Below, piece by piece: positions 29,855 through 43,487 of a DNA stretch of 64,000 nt. The notes beneath the pieces are model-generated. The model was not told the DNA's origin and made no database searches. It saw only the letters and a program-made list of their open reading frames with translations. Source of the stretch: the human T2T-CHM13v2.0 reference genome, Homo sapiens. The position numbers were made by a program, and so were the translations under genes. Positions within the stretch are counted from its first letter, which is position 1, and each line of letters begins with the position of its first letter. The stretch lies in assembly GCF_009914755.1 (NCBI RefSeq), contig NC_060925.1; one strand, 5' to 3'.

Positions 29855-30402
29855 TGAGACCATCCCTAGAAGCTTTATAAAATTAATCAAGGAAAAAAGG
29901 ACAAGGGGAATGTAAAATAAACCAAGCCTGTGGTACATTCAGCATGGATTATGAGGTCAGCTTGCTCTCTGACCTGCTTCCTCATAGCTGTTTGCCTCTT
30001 GTCCCAGAATCACGTAGACCCTGTGACAAAATTATAGTTCCCCTTAACTGCTCTATGGATAACAGCTTGAACATTATATAATGTTAAGTTTTCCATTTGA
30101 GATATTCTTTCAGGTCCTACGTACCAGTGAAACTACTGACATCAGCTTGCCTGAAGGATCCCACGAGAAGCTGACTCACCAAAGAATGCAGTTTCCACAT
30201 CCTGATGATTTCATCCCCCGTAACCCAACCAATCAATGACCCCAATTCCCATCCTCTTTCTCCTCATGGTCCCCTTAAAAATCCCAACCCAGATCTCCTC
30301 AGGGAGATGAATTTTAGGGTCTCCTCCATCTCATCGCTCAGCACCCACTCAATCATGGCTGTTACCGTGCAGCGGGCATACCATCCTGTTGCTCCTATAA
30401 TA
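29855..30402 (+). mobile_element. ERV1-class solo LTR (LTR26-like)
   Basis: tgagaccatccct...tttataaaattaatca...gaggtcagcttgctctctgacctgcttcctcatag...; subfamily by recollection. Confidence 0.7.
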
Positions 30403-31255
30403 TCTAGTCATATGAAACAATATTAAAGAAAACCAGTACATTTAATATGCTTGAAAAAGTTTGTTCTTTTAAGCAAGTAACCAATTCTTCTTTGAAATCT
30501 TGTTTATATTGCTTATTTGTTGAGAAAGTTTCCTTCCTCCTTTTTATTTAATTAACAATAGTAATTTCAGCCCACTAACACTTATAGAGAGTACTTACTA
30601 TGAGTCAGGGACTGTTCTAAGCAGTTTGCCTGTGTTATCTCACTTAATCTTCATAACAACTCTGTGAGACATGTAGGAATTATAATTACGATTCCCATTT
30701 TACAGATGAAGAAACTGAGGCAATAATGGTTTAGTCATTTGCCAAGGTCACAAGCTAAAAAATAAAAGAGCCAAGACTCGAATCACACAGTCTGCTTCCA
30801 AAGTCCATGCTGTGCTATACTTGTTTTCTAATTCTTCTTTGAGAATTATCAAAAATTTTATATTAGTGATGTAGAGTCTCTATAGAAAGCATATTTAATC
30901 CATTGTCTGCTACGTATGTTCTGTAACCATGTCTAACTTTGATATCAGAAGAAGTCATTTTTTTAAACTCAATATTCTTAAATTGAAGAATTTTAGAGAA
31001 AATGAAAGACTACCTTCATTTGAATAATATCTCTCAGCTGTTAGAATGAGTGATTTCCATTTGACCAATAAAAGCAGTTTGCTAGAACAACCAAAGTGGT
31101 AGTTGGTTTTTATTATACATGTTTTCCACATCAGGATGTGGAAACTGCATTCTATTAAATTTTCATGTTCAGTAGTCTTCATATTTCGTGCACAATGACT
31201 CAGTTTCAAAGGAAACCCAGCACAACATCAAAATTAAAACCCTTTCTGTGGGTTA

Positions 31256-31570
<315 letters not shown>

Positions 31571-32064
31571 TTATGATTTCAGGTAATCAACTTATATAGA
31601 AATGTATTTCTGACCATTGTGTGTCATAGCTACCCAAATGCTTGCAGTGCATTTAAAACTGAGAGGCCCCTTAAGAGAGGGCCAGTGAACTACCAGAAGA
31701 GAACGATTGAATGAGGCAGGCCACATGCTGTGGTCTGTGGCTAGCTGCTCACAGTTTAAAATGCTGCACTGTTGTTTCCATTGTGCTCACTCATGCTATC
31801 CTTCACTGGTATTTCACATGCATTGCATTTTTTTTCTATTAAATTTAGTGACTTTTTAAAAAATAGGGTACACGGGGCAAATAGTTGCCATAGTTGTTAA
31901 AACATACGGACATTTTTCACCATAAGCATCTCCTCCTAGGCTACGCTGGGCACCTGTGCAGTAGCTTGGAAATCGTGCCAGGCTTACCTCCCCTCTGTTA
32001 TCTTTGGTTCTTTTAATATCAGCTCCCCTTGTTCTCTGACCATTCTGGCTTCAAACTTGGCTTC

Positions 32065-32334
32065 TTTTCTGCCTATAGTCCCATTTGGACAGATATCCTA
32101 GCCTTAGGCTTTTCTGCCTACAGTCCCATTCGGACAGATATCCTAGCCTTAGGCTTTTCTGCCCATAGTCCCATTTGGACAGATATCCTAGCCTTAGGCT
32201 TTTCTGCCCATAGTCCCATTTGGACAGATATCCTAGCCTTAGGCTTTTCTGCCTATAGTCCCATTTGGACAGATATCCTAGCCTTAGGCTTTTCTGCCTA
32301 TAGTCCCGTTTGGACAGATATCCTAGCCTTAGAC
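32065..32334. repeat. 45-bp minisatellite, 6 copies
   Basis: Unit ttttctgcctatagtcccatttggacagatatcctagccttaggc at 32065, 32110, 32155, 32200, 32245, 32290. Confidence 0.98.
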
Positions 32335-33299
32335 TTTTTGACTTGCCTCTGATTTGACAAAGCTTTAGGCGTTTGTTTCCCCCCAGTAATTGCTTAAACT
32401 CCACAAACCATAACCAAGGAAAAGGAGAGCCCTATCTTGGAATAGGACCTCATTAGAACTTTTTCCACACTTATGCCTCTGCTCGTCAGGAAAGGATATT
32501 GAACAAGATGGTTAACAATGCAAAAAAGGATCATTATTACACTAAGAGACCCAAGAAATATCCAGTATGACCAGAGTCTATGGGCTGAGTGGGAAAAAAG
32601 TTTGAATATAAAGTAACTTCTCTGTGGAATTAATTAAGGTTCAGAAGAATAACAAACATAAGCACAGTGGGGCCAAAGTCTAAAAAAAAAAAAAAAAAAC
32701 AGTTGGATGAAAGCACTTAACAGGAACTGAGAATTCTAAATTCTAATCCTAAATCAACTGCACTCATAGAATAAAAGTGTGAAGTGTGGTACCACAGATA
32801 AAATGGGAGGCATACGCTTTGTTTCCAACACTTAAAATTATTTCGTGAACACAGCAATCTAGGTTTTATGATAACCTACCACAGTATGCTCAAGAAAACT
32901 GCATCAGACTCTGATCCACTTTAGGAACACATTGTTTTGCTTAGTTTTCCCATTCCTCTATCCCCTATCTCGTATTTGCTTTTAAAACCAACAGAAAGCC
33001 TTTCTTAGGAAACATTTCTAAATTCATTTCTGTGCCTCATACCATTCCCACTATTCTAGTGCAGGTTCATATTCCGTAAATGACTGCTGTCAGCCATCTA
33101 TGACTAAATTTCTTTTGTTTGTACAGCCTTTGTCATCCTCCTGGGCACCACATACCAGATTAATCATTGACTGGACTCTATTCGTGTGCCATCCCAGATC
33201 TCCGTGACTCCACTCACAAGCTCCTACTCCCAACTGTGTGCCCTATTTGCCTTGCTTCCCAGCAGCGGTGGCTCTATGACTATAGTTACAAAGCTTCAG

Positions 33300-33752
33300 C
33301 TGCTGCCACTGTCACCACCATTGCATACCTGCATGCAGATAGTGCCTTGCTGCACTGGACCCATGGAGGCTCTGGCTTCCCTAGTGGCTGCCTGAAGCTG
33401 GCTGATCCAACCTAGAGGCAAACGGACATTAACATCTCATGGAGCAGAGTTGGACCAATGGCCAAGAGACAGGAAGAAGCCAGAGATTAGATTGCTTGCA
33501 CTCTCCTGTCATGCCATGGGTTGTTTCAAGCTGCGTTAGTATCAGGTGGTCTCTCTGAAGATGTCCTGCAAGACCCAGTGACCAATCGTGGCCAACTCGG
33601 TGGTGCATCCTCTCTCTAAGATTTGGCCTCCTCCTTTCCCTGCCTCTTCCTCTATTCCCTTACTTTTGATTCCCTGGGATTATGATCCCCAATAAAGCAT
33701 TAGCATATATGCTTTGCCTTAGGCTTTATATGCGGGGAACGTGTGCTAAGAT
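33300..33752 (+). mobile_element. Old ERVL LTR (LTR16-like)
   Basis: gaccaatgg..agagacaggaag and 3' end ...tccctgggat...cccaataaa...ttgccttaggctt...ggggaac...ctaaga. Confidence 0.55.
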
Positions 33753-36700
33753 AATCATCTTATTACTTTCACAAAGCCCTTTCTGGAATAATGACCTGCA
33801 AAGCTCCCTTCGCATAGCATGCTGGCTATTAAGAAACTCTGTGTATTTCTTGCACTACCTAGTCAACCTTCTCTTTCACCATTTATAACTTCCTTAGTGC
33901 ATACCTCACTCTGTCCGTCCACAACACAAACAGACTATCTTCATGGCTGCTATTTCCTACTTACTATATTTTGGTACAATTCTGTGTACTTATGTCTTAC
34001 CTCTCCAATTAAATTGTAAACTTAAGTATGACATGCTTAAGTATGTCTTTGTATTTTGACATCATTTTGGCACCGAGAATAGTACAAGGGATTATTATGT
34101 ATTTGCTGCTGATAAAAGTTATATACACATGACCATGTTTCTTTCCAAATAACAAGGAAAAATCCTGGAGTAAACATGGTCATCCCTGTAATTAACCAAA
34201 CACTCAGGTGAAATGTTGCTTAGAAATAGCCACAGTTGACATTTCAATGAAAAATTTTTTTTTCCCTCAGGGAACTAGCAATACACAGGTCAGAAGAATG
34301 TAAAACAAGGCCAACTCCCTGCTGTTTTTTACCTAAAGGATCACTTTTTCAACTCAAAATATGATTTGACAGTCCTTACATGATAATTTTTGGCTATTAA
34401 AAAATCTATAAAATATTCATTTTTATGAGTGTTATAAAGTCAAATGACAATCCTGTTGGATTTATCATCTCTTATTCTCTAATCAAAATAATACATTATA
34501 ATAACTTTATTTCATATGATATTTTATAATTTTCAAAGTACTTTTTAATGTATTTTTCTAATTAGATCTTTCCAGACATGTCAGGCAGGAAAGTCTCATC
34601 GTCCCCATTTGATGAGAGTGTGAGAAAAGGGGCTGATATCCGTGACTAGCCTAAGGTCACAAGACTAGGAAGGTTCTATTTGAATGAGAACCCAGACCTT
34701 CTGACTGCTAGTGTGGAGCTCTATTTGGATTTTCCCCAAAAAGATTACACAAAGCAAGTTGTTTCTCAGCAATGGCGAAGCTTGAGGTCTTTTTAATTCT
34801 ATGAAAACATTCAACACATGAATAAATTGTGGAATAGCTCTGTGACCTGCAATGATGAGTCTAGTTTCTAAGTGTTCCTTCCTAGATTATTAACCTGACA
34901 GCAAATGAAAAAAATCCGATATCCCAGAAGAGCAAATGAAAAATATGAGGGAATCTCAGAGGCACTGAATTAAATCTTCATTCCATCATTTATAATTTAC
35001 AAAGCTCTCAAGGGAGCTCAGGGTTTAGGTTTTAGAGCGGGTGATAACAACACTGATTCCATTTAAGTCATTTTCTATTACCCTGCTGCTGATGCAAATG
35101 GAGAGCACGGAAACACAGAGGGCGAGTGCGACTCTTCTCTCAAGAATGAATATCACACGCTCCACTGTAATTGTGTGTGAGTAATTAATCAACCAGAAAA
35201 TGTGATGTGATACCTCAGGACCATATGAGAAGAATGAGAGAAGAAGCTTGTCATATATAACGTGCTAAGGAAAAACATAATTGCTATATAGCCTGTGCAG
35301 TTCTATGTTTGGGCAAAATGCTTTAAGTTGTAAACAAACTTGTGAGGTGGAGGCGTTGGAGTATAAAGCAAAACCCATATTGGTGACCAGTGTGGAACAA
35401 TCTGGACAGGCAAGAAAAATCTCATTTCCTTGGAAGTCTTAGTCATCCTGATCTGAGAATGTCAAGTAATGAAGAACTAAAAAAAATAAATAAATAAAAA
35501 TAAAAAAAAGAAGGTGGGAGAAGGAAACTTTAGAAATATGAGATATTTTCCCCAAGACCACAAAGTAGGTGTTAGAACAAGGCTAGTTCCCAGACCCATT
35601 CACATTCTACTATTTCAAGCTTCTCTTCCACACTGTCAAATTGGGGTTAACACGAATTTAACTCATCTCTTTGATGTTCAATTTAACACCTTCTGGATCA
35701 GAGCAGCATGTCTCTTTCCTTTAATAAGAATGCTGTTTCCAAATGCCAGCTTTTGAAATAGCTACATACGAAACTCCTGAGGAGATGGTTTAAAATGCTG
35801 ATTCCTAGGCTCTGCCCTTGAAAATACTTGATCCAGTAGGCTTAGGACAGAACGTGAATATCTGTAAGTTTCAAAGTTACCACTGATGATCCTGACTTTC
35901 AGAACGATGGGTCAAGATTAAAATCAGATTTCCTTTAATATAATCTCTATCACTATTTGCTCAATTCCCAGGTTTTCCTCAATTCCCATCACTGGTGCAG
36001 GAGCACAAGAAACCACTCCAGATGCCTCTGAAGCCTTCAGTCTCAATCCCACACCAAGAGGTGCAGCGCAGAGGGGTGGCCCTCTCTCCTGTCTCTGATG
36101 GATTCCGCAGCCAGCCCATTTCTGGTCCGTGCTGACCTCCATCGTTTTCAGCAGAGCAACACCGCCATCGTTCTGTGTCTCTTTGTGCAGGCAGCAGCAC
36201 AGAATTGGGAATATATTTAAGGACCTTAATGTTCTATGGAATGGTTCTGTTCAATGAGAAGACTTTCATGTATATGCCAGGTTTAAGGCTTTCTTCTTTT
36301 CTCATTGTATCTTTTTTTTTTTTGGCACACCCACTTTTGTATTTATTTATTTTTGCTTATTTCATCTTATCTAAGAATTCTTCTACATCTTTAAGAAATA
36401 GAGAATAAAGAGATATGCCTCAAGCCTCCAGTGGGCAGGCTAGTTTATATATATATATATATATTTCAGATATAATTAAGGATCACTCCAGGCAAGGAGA
36501 CAGTACATACTTACAATTCAGTGCTATGGTGCCTTTTATGTGTGAAACCCTTCATTCTTCACGGATCTTTCTACATCAACACTCCTTCATCCTTTGGAAC
36601 TTGAGAACTTTCAGGAAAACCTTCTGGTTGTTTCATACTGGGCTCTAAAACTTGCTTGCCTTTGTCCCCATCTGCTGCTCAGTGGCTGCATATTAGGAAT

Positions 36701-37687
36701 TTGGAAATTGCCCCAACATAAGAACTGAACCATTCATTTGCGTTAACATTTCACAAAACAGTACTGCACGGGACACTAAAGGTAATACTATGCACAAGGC
36801 TCCCTAGTTGAGAGAGTCAGTACCGATGTCCGGGTGCCAGGCTGAGCCAGCCCTGAGGAAAGGGCATCTTTTCTAGCTTATACAGGCAGTTCTGATTTCT
36901 GTACTTTACTCATTTCTAGCTTTTATCCCTCTTTACCTATCTCCTTGTCTTTTGCAATTCTGCTGCTTCTTATAGTCCAATAAACTATAATAATGCCATA
37001 TTTTATAGAACCTGACACAGCATATCATAAAATGGCTGAAAGTGATGTCATATGAAAAGCTCTTGAAAATCTAACTAAATGCCCTTGAGGTTCACCCTGG
37101 CCTCACCAGTTCCCTAGACTCCAGACCCATCACGAAGTGAGAAGCTTGTTGGGGAGACATGGGCAGTTTCATCATGAAACAGACTGATGTTACTTCTTAG
37201 GGAATTCTCTCACATTATGGAAAGCAGAAGCCTGGCTGTACAAGAAACTTGTGGCATATTCTAAGTAAATCAGATAAAAGTGTTCCAGGACAAATCACAG
37301 CCTAACAGCAGACAGTCACCAGGCCGGTGTGTCTAAATCTTCTTTAAATGTTTGAGTTGCTCTAACGTATAGGGCCCTGAGTTTAGTTCTGGAGAAGCAA
37401 AGTCATAAAATATGGTCCTTGATGTAAAGGGGAAAACGCAATATGAAAGAACAAAGTAAAATACAAAATTGTGTATTTGAAATGCCAAATGAGACATACA
37501 GATGTTAAGTGCCAGAGGAGCCCAGACAGAGGAAAGTTCACCAAGTACTGGGGAATACAGGGTGGGGCAGGGTTGGGGGTGGGGGTGTTAAATAAAGGGG
37601 AGGGACTGAGGGAAGTTGAAAATAATCAATCTGAAAATTTGCCCAGCATGTACATGCCTAGCAATTTCAGGTTTAATTATAAACCCT

Positions 37688-38340
37688 AGAGCAGCATTGT
37701 TCAGTAGAAATATAATGTGAGCCACAAACATTATTTAAATTTTTAAAAGGTAAAAAGAAACAGATGCAATTAACTTTAATAACATATTTTATTTTACCCA
37801 ACTGGTATGGACTGGATGTTTGTGGCCCCCCAAATGCATGTGCTGAAACCCTAACCCTCAGAGTGATGGTATGAGGTGACATCTTTGGAAGGTGATTAGG
37901 CCATGAAGGCAGAGCCCTGGTGAATGGAATTAGTGCTGTTGTAAGAGGCCACAGAGCTAACTCTGGTTCTCTTTCTGCCATGTGAGGATAACACAAGTAA
38001 GCACACTAACCTGGAAGAGGGCCCTCACCAGAACCCAACCTGCTGGTACCCTGATCTCAGACTTCCAACCTCTGGAACTGTGAAATATAAATTTCTGTGT
38101 TTACAAGCCACCCACTTTAGGGTATTTTGTTATAGCAGCTTGAACTAACACATTAATATATGCAAAATATTATTTCAATTTTTAATCAATATAAAATTAT
38201 TGAGATATTTTATATTTTTCTCATACGAAGTCTTGGAAATATAATTAATATTTTACACTTACATCTCAGTATAAACTAGCTACATTTCAAGAGCTCAAGA
38301 GACACATGTGACTAGTAGTTATCATATTAGACAGCATGAC
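37688..38340 (+). mobile_element. MER33-like hAT element interrupted by an MLT1A LTR
   Basis: tagaaatataatgtgagccaca...taactttaataa.atatttta and ctagc.acatttcaag.gctcaa.ag.cacatgtg.ctagt flank the LTR. Confidence 0.75.
37803..38152 (+). mobile_element. MLT1A-like MaLR LTR
   Basis: tatggactg.atgtttgtg.ccccccaaat...gccctcaccagaaccc.acc.tgctgg.accctgatctcagacttcca.cctc. Confidence 0.88.
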
Positions 38341-41300
38341 CCTAGAGAAACTCTGTGCATATTGGGCAGGAAGAAATGTTATAAAGATATACTCTGAAGC
38401 ATTGTTTATTATATTATAGTGAAAAACAGGAAATGGACCTCCATCAAAAGGGAAAAATGTGTAAATAAACTGTGAACAAAAGGATGGAAGCACTGCTTGG
38501 ATTCACCTTAAATCCCTGTTGGTGACCTCTGGGGAAAGGAGGTAAAATGGAATGGAGGAAATACATAAGTGTGAATTTTATCTGCAATATTTTAATTCTT
38601 TAGATAAAAACAAATATAGAAATACCAGTCTTTGCTCAATGGGTAGTAGATACATGGACCCTTATTGTATTATTATTTGCATTTTTCTGTATTTAAAAGC
38701 TTTTAAGTAAATTACAAAATAAAATTCACTGAGGATATGGAGGTGCAAGTAGTAGACAATCAGAAGACTGGCTCTTTGAAGAAAGAATACAGACAGTCAT
38801 AAGTCAAGGGACAACTGGGGATGGTGACTCGACTTGTCAACTGATGGGAATGATCCAGAAAGGAGAGTTAAGGCTGTGAACAAGAGGTGACAGCTAAAGT
38901 TTTATATTCCCTGCACATCTGTGTGACAAATGTGAGTTCAATTTTGCAACCTCACCTTGGGAGAGTGTTGATGAAGCAAAGGGTTTTATAGAATGAGGGA
39001 GTAATGCCTCAGAAGCAGCAGTGATATTTAATGAGTCACCTATTCTACTACCTGGTACTGGGGTATACCTGGTGTTAAGGAAAACACAGCTGGGACAGGT
39101 GGGAAAGTAGGGTTCTTGGGGGCAGCCAGGGTTAAGTTAAAGGAAGGAGGTAGAGAAATGTTCAAAGATGTTGAAGTTATAGGGGAGTGTACGGCTCATG
39201 AAGGGAGGATCCAGTGGAAGCTCAGGATTGGAACAGATCAATAAGTATAATGGGTCATAAAGAGATGTGAGCCCAGGCATGGCCAACTGGAAAGGTTTTC
39301 CCTTCTGGCATCAACTGATTTTCGCAGGGATGTGAGGTACTATGGGATCAGTTCTGATCAACTTCTGGGGAGAGGCAGGGTAAAGAGTGTTTCCAGGGTG
39401 TAGGTCCTGAATGATTTGCTTGGTGGTATGTTGATTTCTGGAATATGTGCTCTCTCAGGCTTCAAACTGTGGACTTTTGAATTTCTTTCAATGTTTCACT
39501 CTCCTAACAGTGCTGTGGGGAGAGAGAGTGAGACATAGTGATCAAGGGCACTGGTTTAGGTTTCATATCCTCCACTTTTTGTGTGACCTTGAACAAATTA
39601 ATCTCCTGGTGCTTTAATTTTCTAAATGTAAAATGGAGTACTGATATATCTAACTACCTCATGGAGTTGAGACAAAAATAGAGTTCATTAATATGCATAA
39701 AGCTCTTATCACAGTACTTGGCATATGTTACACACTAAGTGTTAGCTATGGACATTATAATCAGTGTAGCTATATATTTATATGCATTCATGATTATCTC
39801 CTTAGGTTAAATTCTTGACAATATAATTGTTAGGTAAGAAGGTGTGCAAAATTTTAATGCTTTCTTATAACTTGCCAAAATACTCACCAGAAGAGAAATT
39901 AAATCTCACTACCATATCATCTGATACTTGTTTGATTCCCTCTTATTTATGTCACAATGCATGACAACCCACCACCCACCCAACAATCGATTACAATAGT
40001 CCTCTGTGTACCTACTGGCCCAGAATGCAGGAGTGCTGCCTGGTGATCCACATTTTAAAGAGGTGCCCATTCAATTCATTAGCACTCTTTAGTTTAAAAC
40101 CATTGTTCTAGAATTTCAACAATTGATAAATCAATTGCTAAAACATTGGTTTCACCCAGCCTCTTTGCAATGGTAACACTTTGGCCCACGCTCTTGTTGA
40201 AATTCCTCTTGGCTTCTATAACACTTCTCTCTTCTGCATCATGTGCTATTTCTATACCGCATGTTTTTTCCCTTTAAGGAGCAAGTAAGTGGGTAATCTT
40301 ATGTAACTGGTAAGTCCAAAGTGGCACTGGCTTCGAGCATAGTGTCCAGTAGAAATATATGGGCCGCATCATCCAGAGGCCTGAAGCAATGTCATCAGGG
40401 CTTTGGCTCTCTCCTCCCATCACTGGCTTAGTTTCTTTGTATTTGGACAGACTCCCTGGCAATCAAAGTACTGGCACGCTCTGACTCAAATCCCTGAGCT
40501 TTCAGAAGCCCAGGAAGTTTGTTTTTTTTAAAGAGTCTATACCTAGAAATCTTAAAAAAACAAAAAACAAAAAACAAAAAAAAACAAACAAAAAAAACTC
40601 TTTCTGGCTCAGGACTAATCCAGGGGTGGGAGTTACTATGCCAAATCAGGCAGGGCACCATGTTTGCATTACCAAGTCCACAGCTATTAATTTTCTTCTG
40701 ATTTCTCTTCCATTTTTGCAGTACTCTCATTCACTCAATCACTAAGTCAGGCTAATTTATCTCAACAGTTCTCAAATCTGTCCTTTGTTGTCCTGACTAC
40801 TATTGCCCTAATTCAGACTTTCACCAGCTCTTGCCAAACTGTTTTAATAGCTTTCTGTCTGATCACCCTTCTCCATTCTTGCCTCTCCTCGATTCATCTT
40901 CCATATGGACACAAAGATAAGCAAATGCAATCTGTTTCCTTATTTAATACCATTAGGTGCTTCTCCACTAGGATAAAGTAGTCAGAATTCCTTAGAATGG
41001 CATACAAAGCCCTCCAAGACCTTCCAGAGCCATCTACTGATCACCCTGTATGACCAAAACTAAATCCATTTGCTTTTCCTCAAACCCTGTTTCCAGTTAA
41101 ATGAATTACATACATTCAGACACCAAAACTGAAATTTTAGACATTCTCGATTTCTTTCCCTCTCTACCTAACTTGTAATGTAGACATTTTCCAAATCCTG
41201 TATTTCTGTCTTCAAATTGTTCTCTGCCTCTTTCATTCCCTTTGCTCTGCCCTATCCAGGCCTTATCACATTCTTTCTCCTTGCCTCCAGTATCCACATC

Positions 41301-41429
41301 TTTTTCCCAGCCTCCTCTCCACTGTCACCAGGCTAACCTTTGAAACATAAGTCTTATCAAGAAAAACTTTCCACAGTACCTCATCCGCTGAATAAAAGCC
41401 CCCAAATCTTAGCAAGCTATTCAAGGTTA

Positions 41430-41814
41430 CAGACACTGGACCCTCTTCCACCTGTCCTGCCTCTCCACGCCAGGCCAGGCACTCTATGCTCCAGGCACTG
41501 TGGACCCTCTTCCACCTGTCCTGCCTCTCCATGCCAGGCCAGGCACTCTATGCTCCAGGCACTGTGGACCCTCTTCCACCTGTCCTGCCTCCCCATGCCA
41601 GGCCAGGCACTCTATGCTCCAGACACTGTGGACCCTCTTCCACCTGTCCTGCCTCTCCACGCCAGGCCAGGCACTCTATGCTCCAGACACTGTGGACCCT
41701 CTTTCACCTGTCCTGCCTCTCCACGCCAGGCCAGGCACTCTACGCTCCAGACACTGTGGACCCTCTTTCACCTGTCCTGCCTCCCGATGCCAGGTCAGGC
41801 ACTCCATGCTCCAG
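41430..41814. repeat. 64-bp minisatellite, 6 copies, inside L2-like sequence
   Basis: Unit cactgtggaccctcttccacctgtcctgcctctccatgccaggccaggcactctatgctccagg at 41434, 41496, 41560, 41624, 41688, 41752. Confidence 0.97.
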
Positions 41815-43280
41815 CCATGCAGACTGTGTCAATGCCTCCATGCCTGTTTCTGCTATTCTTCCTACATGGGGTGTTGTTCCTCATATCAGCCCATGGAAAT
41901 CCTTCTCAACCATAAGGGCCAAGCAGAAACACCTTTTCTTTTTTGAAGCATTCCTAGATTTCCCTAGCAGGACTACTCTGTTTATATACTGCAGAAATGA
42001 TCACAGCCTGATTAATATGGTGGTTAATTGTGCATCAATGTCAGGCCCAATGGCTTGAGCGTTCCAGTACTTACAGATTCTGACTTTCAGAGAGTTACTG
42101 AGCCTTATTTCTCATCTACATATGGAAACATTAATACCTACCTCACAGAGCTGCTTTAAAAATTGAGATAAAACGTGTGAAGAAATCAGAACAGTTCATG
42201 GCACAGAAGCAGTTACCAGTGTTCCTGGACTTCACTGGACACCTCTGAAGGCACCACATCACATCTCACTATAGCATGTGCACCAAGCTTGGGGGTTATG
42301 GAATCAAACTGCCTGGGTTTGAAGCCCACTTCTACCACTTACCAGCTGTGTGATCTTGGTCAAGCTCTTTGTCTTCACATTGTCTATTTACCCATCTGCA
42401 AATGGGGATAATAAAATACCTACCCAACTAGGTTTTTATGAGGATAACATAAAATAAATATAGCAACCATTGGCATCCAGTTAGTGCTAAGTGTTAGTTA
42501 CAATTTCATCTCTGTATCCCAGAGTCTAGCACAGAAACTGGGACACGGTTCATGCTCAATAAATATTACATTGTAATGAACCCTATGCTTCACTTGGCAG
42601 TGTCTAGTTAAAGTTCTTATCTGCATTAAGCATACTGACTCATTCCATTGCAATTAAGTATTTTCTATAGTTAACACCCATCTATAAAATGCCAAGCTGC
42701 TGCCTATCTCATTGCTTGGTGAACCACCAGTGAGTGCAAATGTGTGTACAATTATGGATGGTTTATTTAGTCTTGAATAGGCTTCTCCGAAGCCATACTA
42801 TTGTTATATATGTGTAATTTGATTAATTTGCCAATAGTCTGTCAAGTGAATAGCACCCCTTCCAAAAACAGTATGCTAAAATGTTTTTACATTGATTTTG
42901 AGGTAGTTGCCATGCATAGAAAGATTACCTCTCATTTCTATTAATATAATTGCTTTGCAGAGGAACGGTATTTCTGGATAAAATTATTTTAAAAATACCA
43001 AAAATTGCAAATTTCTAACCTATACCAAACTGGGGCAGGATGAAAAATATTCTCTCATATTCAAAACTTTTGTTTTGGAATCTGTGTTATAATAAACCAC
43101 CAGAAGGAAGCCACTGTGAAGATTGGCGAGGGAAGGTAGCGGGGAACTGGGGGATCTATATGGGAGCAGCAAAGACAGCAGTTCCTATCAACAATGACCC
43201 TGTTGAAGAAGCACTGATAGGGGTCAGAAAACCTGAGGAAGAAAGCAGACTCCTTATGAATATTCAACACTTGCTCTAGT

Positions 43281-43487
43281 GCAGTTTTTCTCAACTTGGC
43301 GCTTATCGATATTTGGGGCTGGATAATTCTTTGTTATGAGGGAGCTGACCTGCATTGCAGAATGTTGAACAACACCCCAGCCCTCTACCCACTGAATGAC
43401 AGTAGCATCTGATTCCCAGATGTGAAAACCAGAATGTCTCCAGACTTTGCCAATAAAAGGCCAAACACTCTGGTTTAAAAATCACTG
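43281..43487 (+). mobile_element. MER20 hAT-Charlie element
   Basis: cagt..ttctcaac...atttggggctggataattctttgt...ctctacccact..atg.cagtagca...aatgtctccagac.ttgcca. Confidence 0.85.

Noticed and set aside
32029-32404. Repeat array as a CRISPR array or repeat-protein gene (107/117-aa ORFs)
   Set aside because: Units are contiguous with no unique spacers, there are no cas genes and the context is human; the ORFs arise because the unit is 45 nt and stop-free
41340-42058. Three overlapping 148-191 aa ORFs
   Set aside because: By-product of a 64-bp tandem repeat cycling through frames; no splice or homology support
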